Origin: Eledone cirrhosa
Taxonomy: Eukaryota
DNA: 64,000 bases
Reading direction: 5' to 3'
Assembly: GCA_964016885.1 (NCBI GenBank)
Contig: OZ024743.1
Span: 195,238,001 to 195,302,000 of the forward strand
The notes under the pieces are model-generated. The model saw only the letters and a list, made by a program, of their open reading frames with translations, had not been told where the DNA came from and did no database searches. Position numbers and translations under genes: made by a program. Of the stretch, positions 54,915-64,000 are shown in pieces; position 1 is the first letter of the stretch; every line of letters starts with the position of its first letter.

Positions 54915-57900
54915 GATGCGTGCGCGCGCGCGCGTGTATGTGTATGTGTGCGTATGCGTGTGTGTGTGTGTGTGCGGGGGTTGAGGTCAGCCGTGCAATG
55001 AATTAATCGATACCAATTTAGAGAATTAGAAATGAATAGAACGGAATGAAACAAAATCGCATAACTAGTAGTTATCAATTGTCTCTTACAGGAGTCTAGA
55101 CATTCCTCTTGTCAAAGTTATTTCACTTTCGCTATTTCATTGCCCCAGGTCTATTGTAACGGTTCCCCTATACGATAATGTGCGATATCTTCCGTGCATT
55201 AGTTCGTCAATGAGAAATATTAAAAATTTGGTATTGAGAGTTTCCATCTCGGAGTTTTTATCTAAATATCTGAATACTGCTTAGGTTTCGCAGAAATTAA
55301 AGGTTACAAAAATACCCAATGTTATATTTAACCTATGTTGTGATAATCTATCATACAACATTTATTCGACCTTCAATGCAAATGCTGGAACATTGTTTTA
55401 TTCTGATAAATATTATTTTTCGAATCTCAGCTTATATGACACTGGTACAGATTTTCGTTACATCACAAGCGTACAGTTGTTATTAGCTTACACTTAGGTT
55501 AATATGGTTTAAAGCGACTTCATTTATTGCAATATATTTGCTATAACTCCATTAAGAATACAATCCAGATAGGCTATATATACACTAACATTAAACGTGA
55601 TAGTATTTGAAAGTTTTAAAATATAATGAATTTTTAGCGTGTATATCAAGCGCCTGGTTGATTCATTTGTTATACAGAAAGTAATTTGTCGATTATAGAC
55701 CGAGAGAGAAATTCTTGTAGAGAACGTTTTCTATGACAATCAATTATATTATTTAAATATTTTAAACTTAGGCCTGGGCAATTTCTTTTTGTTTCCTCTT
55801 TTATTTTAATGAAAGAGGAAAAAATACACCAGTTATAACTCGTTAAAGCAATGTAGTGATTTAATACAGCCGTCACTCACAATCGAGTATAACTTGTTAG
55901 TATGTGTCATGATCTCGGTAACGGTTTTATGTGTTCCGGCATTCGGGTGTAGACAGAGAGACTTTGTTGAAACTCCTACCATTTATCCAGTGGAAGATCC
56001 ATGATGTGACGTCTGCAAGTAGAGAGGGCTGCACCAGGATAAAAATCAAAGTGTACGTCGATGGCATTTAAACTCAGAACATAAAAAGCAGGAACAAATA
56101 TCTAACGCATTTCACGTAAATGTAAAGATTTTGAAAATGAAGAAAAACAAGTATGTCCTTGGCATTTTAAAACAGTTTACATTATCAACTATTTCAAATA
56201 AAAAAAGTAACCGTTCAGATATCGAATAGCTTGATGCATTATATTGTTTCAAGATATTGAAGCAACACTGGTAGAACTGGATCCCTTATTTTATAGGAGC
56301 TTTCACATTTAGAGACTTTTATGGCGCAGTGGCAGAATATGGTTATAAAAGGAAATCAGGTGATATGACTTTTGTTTGCACAGTGAAGGTCAAAACAAAA
56401 TAGGCAGATTTATCAATGATTTGAGGTGGTTAAGACTCTATCCAGCTGGAAATTCTGGAGAAATCAGCTGTCTTCTGATCTGGAGGATTATGAGCTTCCG
56501 AAGGTATAAAATGGCTAAGTCAGATATGTGATATGACGGCGTCGCTACAATTGTTTGAAGAGTTAAAATCCCTTTACTTACACACATACACATACATATA
56601 CACACACCCTCACACACACATACATATACACACATACACTGACACACGTACACACACACATCACGAAATAAAGAGAGAGGAGAGAGTGTGTGTGAGAGAG
56701 TGATAGACACAGTTCTTTAGATGAATATATGATAATTTGATTTGTATGTCTAATATATGTGTACTATTCCTAAATAAGCGAAGCATTCTATTGTATATTT
56801 CTATGAATTGTTATACACATACGTTATCATCTTCCAACTGTGTATATGGTTTACTCTACTCCCCAAACTATCTATTAAGTTCAGAAAATGTCATTTAAAG
56901 TGTCATAAAATCTTGGATTCCGTGTTCGAGGAAATTTGATAAATTTATCACTCCTTTTAATATATAACCATCCGGTTATGATAGCCCACTATGCGGCGTC
57001 ACTGCGCTAATATTTCAATAACAAACGTATCATATTTGTAGAGATAGTGTATATAGTAAATAATATCAGTGAAATTCGGGGTAATCTTCATTGTTTAAAT
57101 CAGTTTTGTTGCTTTATGCTTCGTTTGGGTACTAGAACAATCGATATAAAGAATACTCGTTGAAATGAATAACATTCCCATAAATGTCGCATTCAACTCT
57201 GCATGTTTAATAAATGTGGGTATTTAGATTCAAATACACGGAATCTTGCAGAATAGAAAGATATAAAATGTTCACAATATACACTCCAATAAGCAGATTA
57301 TCCCTTCTTTTATTAGCAGATTATGAGGAATGGAAATTTCATTGACCATTGTCAGAAAGTTTCAATGTTACTGTTATATCTTTATATCGAATTTTATCAG
57401 AGTAACCACTTTAATTTCATTGAAATTAATGCAAAGCGTATCAAAACATATTCTTATTCAATCTCACCAATATCAATAAGTAGATTATGTTTATAGTTTC
57501 ATATAAGAACATATACGTACGGAAAGATATAGAATGTATTCTTTCGTTCAAACAAATGTCCATTTCGTGATCGCATAAATATTACTAATTCATACATATT
57601 ATACCAAATGAAATATCTAATGATGTCAATATTCTGGCAATTTAAACAGTTTCTCATTGGAATACTTTGAATAGGTACTTAGAAATTGAGTTATCACTTA
57701 TATAATATCAATAATTATAGAGAATGTTCTCGTGAATTCTAATATGCAACGTCGAGGTATATTTTCCACGTCCTTTTCTCGCACGTACTTTGTAATATTC
57801 GGGTAGGAATGACTGCTAAACCAAGATAATGTCGTGTAATATATATTAGAATTCGGCAAAATGTACATATATTTTTAAGTTGAAAGAGTGACATGAAATT

Positions 57901-59332
57901 AATAAATCTGCATTCGTGCTTCGCGTTAATATCACCTTACAGATATGAGAAGTAAAACGCATCAACAAATATGTAATGGGAAAAGGAAGAAGTAAAAGTA
58001 GATAGTAAAAGGGAACATAATCGACAAATACATTATCTGTTGCATATTCAATGAATATATAAAAAGAACAAAAATATACAGATGTCTGTGAAATCTCTTC
58101 CATGGAGTCGGAATATAGAAACCGATGATTACAGCTTCAGGGTAGGGAGATAAGTAATGGGATTGTATATAATAAAAGCTGCAATATTGTCAGCTGAACA
58201 AAAGTGACAGCGCCTACTGATGTCTAGCATCATTCCCAGTCAGAGAAGAAGTTGAAACAGAAATTTCTGCTAAGGCTTCGTTTCTTTCCAATATCACTGT
58301 ATGCATGAATCATTCAGACAGAATTATGTAGTTGCAGCAGTTCTATTCTATATAGTATACTTAAATTTCTTTATGTACATATATCACTCAAATGAATAAA
58401 GGCATGATGTTACTAGGAAACTAGGAGATTCATTTCTATACATGTGTATGTATGTAGATATGTATACAGTTCAGACAAAATAGGTTACACAAGATAAAAT
58501 ATACTCACTGGAACAATCATATTAATGAGTTCGAATTTTAGGTTTGTATATATATGGAATACGTACAAACACTCACAAACACACAGACACATATACATAC
58601 GAATATAGACATATATGTATGCACATATACATACGAATATAGACATATATGTATGCACATATAGAAATAAGTATATATATGTGTGTGTGTGTGCGTGTGT
58701 GCGTGCATTTGTGTGTATATATATATATATATATGTGATATGTGTGTGTGTGTGTGTATAAATATATATATGTATATATATAAGTATATATATGTATATG
58801 TGTGTATGTGTGTAAGTATGTATGTATACAGTGTATTCGCCAATTGTCTGATGAAACCGATTACCTCGCTTTGACACACACACAAACACACACGCTTAAA
58901 CATACACGCATATAACTACACGTCCACATGTCAAAACATTATAGGAGGAACAGTGTAATATTCAAATACACATAGACTGTTATGGTCACTTGTATCATGT
59001 TATTATTTTCATATATAGTGAAATAGAAAGACAGCGATCTGAACATAAATCTATGAAGTAAGAATTTGACACCTAATAACATACATTAGTATTGTACAAA
59101 ATAACCATAAAGTGGAAGTGAATATAACACTGTCTGACTAATTTTAATGGAAATATTCATTAAGGTGGTTTCGTCCAAACACACATTCATAGATAAAATT
59201 ATTTACCGACTAAGTATAACTGACAAATGGCGCACCCTCTCTCCCTGTCTATATCTACATATATAAATGTGTGTGTGTGTGCCTGTCTGCCTGTCTATAT
59301 ATATATATATATATTATATATATAAATGTATA

Positions 59333-59723
59333 CAGTTGTTCCCCAGTATTCGCGTGGAGTAAGTTGGTAGAGAATCCACGAATACTGATCCGCGAATATT
59401 GGACGTAGTCCATAAAAATGCATATAAACGTCAAAATATAACGAAAAATATAATTATGCGAAGGGGCGTCCAATAAGACAGAAAATACGGCATATTATTA
59501 ATTACGGGGTCGATAAAATAAAGTACCAGTAATACACTAGGTGATTGCTGGCCTTGTGCCAAAAGTAGAAATAATTATTAATAATTTAGCGTTAAAAATA
59601 TATATATTGCCACGAAGAAAGCCATAACAAAAATTGCAGAAGATATTTACTCTTCCGCGAATACGTGGTGGTCTAACGAAAATTTCACGAATGACCGGGA
59701 CTGCAAATGCCGGGGATACAGTG
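59333..59723. mobile_element. pogo/Tigger-like MITE containing a SINE tail (59503-59580)
   Basis: TA|CAGTTGTTCCCCAGTATTCGCG ... GCAAATGCCGGGGATACAGTG imperfect TIRs; internal CGCGAATA motifs. Confidence 0.5.
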
Positions 59724-59786
59724 AATATATATATATATATACATGTATATATATATATTCAGTGTACCCCCGGCATATATATATAT

Positions 59787-59885
59787 ATTGCTATATTTGG
59801 GGAAGGTCACATTGTTATAATATTGTCAGTAATAATAAAAAAAAAAACACTCAGTGTTTCGTTTTGGTTGGTTTTCGCTTCCGTA
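59787..59885 (-). mobile_element. 3' terminal fragment of the same PLE family as 13.65-19.53 kb
   Basis: Reverse complement matches GAAGCGAAAA..CCAACCAAA..TGACC.TCCCCAA.TATA.CAAT at 19393-19486; adjoins a TA run. Confidence 0.7.
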
Positions 59886-59939
59886 TAATTTATATCCATA
59901 TAGTTAATTTAGCTTGGCAATCAATGTTGACCCACAGTT

Positions 59940-60026
<87 letters not shown>

Positions 60027-60108
60027 GTGAGGTTTTTTTGGGTTTTTTTTTTTACAGAATGAAAAATAACCGAGGTGTCCTACACGAGTGAGAGTATAAA
60101 GAAAAAAA

Positions 60109-60196
60109 GATGAAATCGAAAATGCAACTGGAGTCTTATTTAAAAATATATATATATATTTTTAAATAAGACTCCAGTTGCATTTTCGATTTCATC
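60109..60196. repeat. Perfect palindrome centred on (TA)n, derived from the 9909 family
   Basis: GATGAAATCGAAAATGCAACTGGAGTCTTATTTAAAAA-(TA)n-reverse complement. Confidence 0.9.
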
Positions 60197-60200
60197 ATTT

Positions 60201-60264
<64 letters not shown>

Positions 60265-60304
60265 AAGTGTTAAAACAATCAAATCTTAGTTTAATACATT
60301 TATT

Positions 60305-60340
60305 TGCTGACAATTGTTTCTTCTGGAATCATCGGGTCAT
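60305..60340 (-). ncRNA. Degenerate minimal HHR
   Basis: Minus CCGATGA-TTCCAGAA-GAAA-CAATT-GTC-AGC-AAATAAA. Confidence 0.45.
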
Positions 60341-61612
60341 AGGGAATGTCTAAACAGGTGATTAAAATCCTAGTCTTCAGAACATTCAGGTAGATACATA
60401 AGTGTTGTTAGTGTCCTAGACATTATGGAAAGAATCAGGGAGTTAAAAGAATGTTATGCTTCAGAGAACATAATTACAAGGAGCACAGGTGGAAGGTGCA
60501 AGAGGTACAAGCAAAAAATACAAGCAAAATAAGTTCAAGAAAGGAAAAGTGTAGGATAGGATAGATATAAGTTATCATAGCATTGGAGATCAAGTAATGT
60601 TAAGGGTATATATTTCCAGTAACCGGCTAGTACTTAGTACTATCCTCCATATTTATAGTTGTATATATAAGTATAAATATTGTTATTATTACTTTCGTTA
60701 AATCGGACCGAGGAAACAATGTTTCCATTGGGCTTTCTAATTGATCATGCTATGTATCGGTCGCAACTCCAGGTAGAAGGCGCAACGAGCAATAAAGTGT
60801 CTTGCTCAAGGACATAACGCGTTACCCGGTCCGGGAATCGAACTCACAACCTCTAATCTAATTCTCTAACCACTCATAAATATATATATATGTATATATA
60901 TATACATGTGTGTGTGTGTCTGTCTGTCTGTGTGTGTGTGTGTGGTGTGTTTCTGTGTGTGTATAAAGCGAGAGATATGCTTTTGTATGTGTGCATTATG
61001 CAGATTATATAATGTTTTCTTGAACATTAGCGGAGTTGGACAGATTAATTGCAAAGAATTATAACTTAAGATCATCGAGTGAAAGCAAGAGAGAGAGAAA
61101 GAGAGGGGGGGGGGCATATTGAGAGTGAGAGAGAGAGAGAGAGTGAGTGAGTTATATCGACAATGGAAAAGCGAAAAGCAATGTTTCACCTATGTGTATT
61201 TGAAATCAGAACATAAGGAATCGGGGAAAACATGCATATACACGCGCATGCATGCACATACACAAAACCACATTCAAGCACACATACACTTACACAAACA
61301 CAAGCACACAGAAACACTTACATACACACACACAGAACAAAACCAGAAAATCAAGGCATTTTTTTTGGGGGGGGGGGGGGCATGACACTCTAAAGTCTAT
61401 GCCGACCAACCGATTAGTTCTATTTGTCTATATTATTATGTGGAGTACTACTAACACTCCCAAAGTTGTGGATTACATTAGTAATACAATATAAATTAAC
61501 CCGAATCTATGTATGCCGTAAATATAAATGGACGTACAAACATCTAATCATCCACCATCTCAGATATACATAGACACACACATCTACACAAATATAGATG
61601 GGCGTATGTATG

Positions 61613-61918
61613 CAGGGCCGAATTTAATGGGGGTGGGGTAAACTATGAAATTGCACTTGACCGTCTACAGTCGGGTCCCACCAGCGACGACCGAAGCAAT
61701 TTATTTGTGCCCTTAGCTTTTTAGTTTAAGAATGGTTAGAATTTTTATTATTATATACCTGTATATATAACTTTTCAATTCCAATTAATCGCGCCAAGCT
61801 AAATTTGATATGTTAAATTGGGGGGTTAGCTGTATGTTGTATTTTTTTTTGTGTGTATGAGGTACCACCCAAATCTGAAGTGCTGACACATCCACACCAA
61901 TGTCTAAATCCAACCCTG
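61613..61918. mobile_element. hAT-type MITE
   Basis: TIRs CAGGGCCGAATTTA / TAAATCCAACCCTG; 8-bp TSD TATGTATG (61605-61612, 61919-61926). Confidence 0.75.
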
Positions 61919-62164
61919 TATGTATGTGTATCAATGTGTATGTGTTTCGTTTACATATATATATATATATATATTGTATTTAAACTTTTGTTTTAAGTCT
62001 TTTTAAATGTTGTCTTCATTGGGAGATTTTAAGTTTGTTCCTACAAGTTTCTCTGATTTAAGACAGTAGAAAAATGTCAGTGAATTGTTTGCAACAGACA
62101 TAACAATGCTTTTATGCTACGTTTGAGTGTGTATATTAATGCACACGGGTATGTGTGTGTGTGT

Positions 62165-62291
<127 letters not shown>

Positions 62292-63568
62292 AATTTTAAT
62301 CCGATTGTATGAGATGGAAGAATTTCTACACACACAGTGCGGGATGGATGTGTAGTTCTTTGGGAAATGTATATAGTGTATCATACAGCGTTGTCCGGAC
62401 TTTTGATATAACCGAATTATACTCATTATTCATAGCAAACTTGACAATAAACCTAATTATCCTTGTTTGAATAATACTGAGTTAAACTATTTATTTTCTC
62501 TTCTAGGTCTATAGGTATATTTTCGAAGTATGGGTATTTTATATATTTAATTCTATGTACTTTTTTTACTTTCAAATGATTTCTGACATTCAGCAAAATA
62601 TATAGCAAATGACTTCTTTTTTTATCACTGAAAAAAAAAAAAATCGATATATCCGCTAAGTTCTTCTAAGGTCTGGTAAGTACGGGTATGACTATGTTTA
62701 CTTTTTTTTTTTTTTTGAGATTCTAACATATGAGAAGCTGTCAATATACTTAACAAAAATAAAACTCGCTCGCTACTGCAAATATCCATTAAATTCCTCA
62801 CCAATTTGGATTTTGGGGTTTTCTTTGGGTTTCTTTAGAAGAGTTTCCATAAACATATCATAAACGTTAACCATATGTTTTACTTGTGTTAGTCTTTACT
62901 TAAATATAAATTATACCTGGGAAATTTATTCATGTCATTTAGAATTATTCCTTTGACATTGCATTTAACGTTTTGTCTGTAAAGTACAAAAACGTATCTC
63001 AAATTTAAATTTTCCATTTGAATAGAAATATTCAACAACTTACTCAACAACATTAACATCCATTCCTCTCAGGTATTCTGTAGAAATCTGATCCACAGAA
63101 ACATTTGTTTAATCTCAATCACTTTCATATTACAGTTCCTAAAAATCGACCGGATTAGTTTCCAGTCTACTTTTGTAAACTGATGTAAGGAGCATGCACG
63201 ACTTTAGGTAATATTACTTCACTTTAGATCTCATTTATTCTGCATGATTTATTTGAAACCATGCAGCGTAGACAGCTTTCAAACAAACATTGACCTCACT
63301 GAAAGTCCTCGAAACCTTACAATTCTCTACAGGAGTTATTTTAGTGTGAATAAGAGAACTATATTTGCTGATAAGATATTTCAAATAAAATATTTATACA
63401 TCACTTCTCTATATATTTATTATTTTTCTTACAAACAAATTACGTTTCTTACGAATGAATTAAAAAAAAAACAAAAAAAAACACAATTTCACAACTTATT
63501 TTAGGCAAGTGCCTAAATACACAGATAAACATACACAGACATGCATATATGGAAATATAGCTCTCTAT

Positions 63569-63606
<38 letters not shown>

Positions 63607-63673
63607 TAGGACACTTGTGGGTTATATGCGCAATAGTATAGCACTCAGTCCATGGGACGAGTTTCGTAGAAGT

Positions 63674-63709
<36 letters not shown>

Positions 63710-64000
63710 ACTAGAAATTGATTAACATATAAATAAACATGAATAATCACAGGAGATAATTTTTACAAGTGTGTAAGCACACATAGCTAGGTCGGTAACT
63801 AAATGATATGGCGCATGTCTTTCTGGCATGACACCCATAATTTTGATTTAGATTAAATTCATTTTGATTTATCTTAATTTTGGATATATATATATATATA
63901 TATAACGAAGGAGATGTGGTAAGGAACCAGATGGACCATAACGCACCAAAATACTCAATACTTAGGGTAGTAGAGTGGGTAATAGGAACGAGTAGGACCC

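Overview
AT-rich, microsatellite-saturated eukaryotic DNA. The (TA)n/(CA)n density and the tRNA-SINE repertoire point to an octopus-like cephalopod genome (inference). No host protein-coding exon can be supported, and almost all listed ORFs are microsatellite or antisense artefacts. Real coding remnants are all transposable elements: a head-to-head pair of Penelope-like elements (PLE; RT + C-terminal GIY-YIG, 13.65-19.53 kb), two more PLE fragments, a CR1/L2-group LINE ORF2 (42.2-45.3 kb), RTE fragments and a hAT transposase relic. Non-coding elements include about 10 SINE copies, a non-autonomous Helitron and MITEs. The main signal is a dense set of type I hammerhead ribozyme (HHR) motifs, about 18 counting degenerate copies, from roughly 10 unrelated sequence families. 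Most lie in short non-coding elements inserted in (TA)n. They have long stem II insertions (36-96 nt), varied but self-complementary stem III, and often an AATAAA just 3' of the cleavage site. Two of these elements consist of an inverted truncated copy plus more than one head-to-tail unit (487 and 532 nt), as expected for retrozyme-like RNAs copied by PLE reverse transcriptase. All structures were read by eye, not computed.
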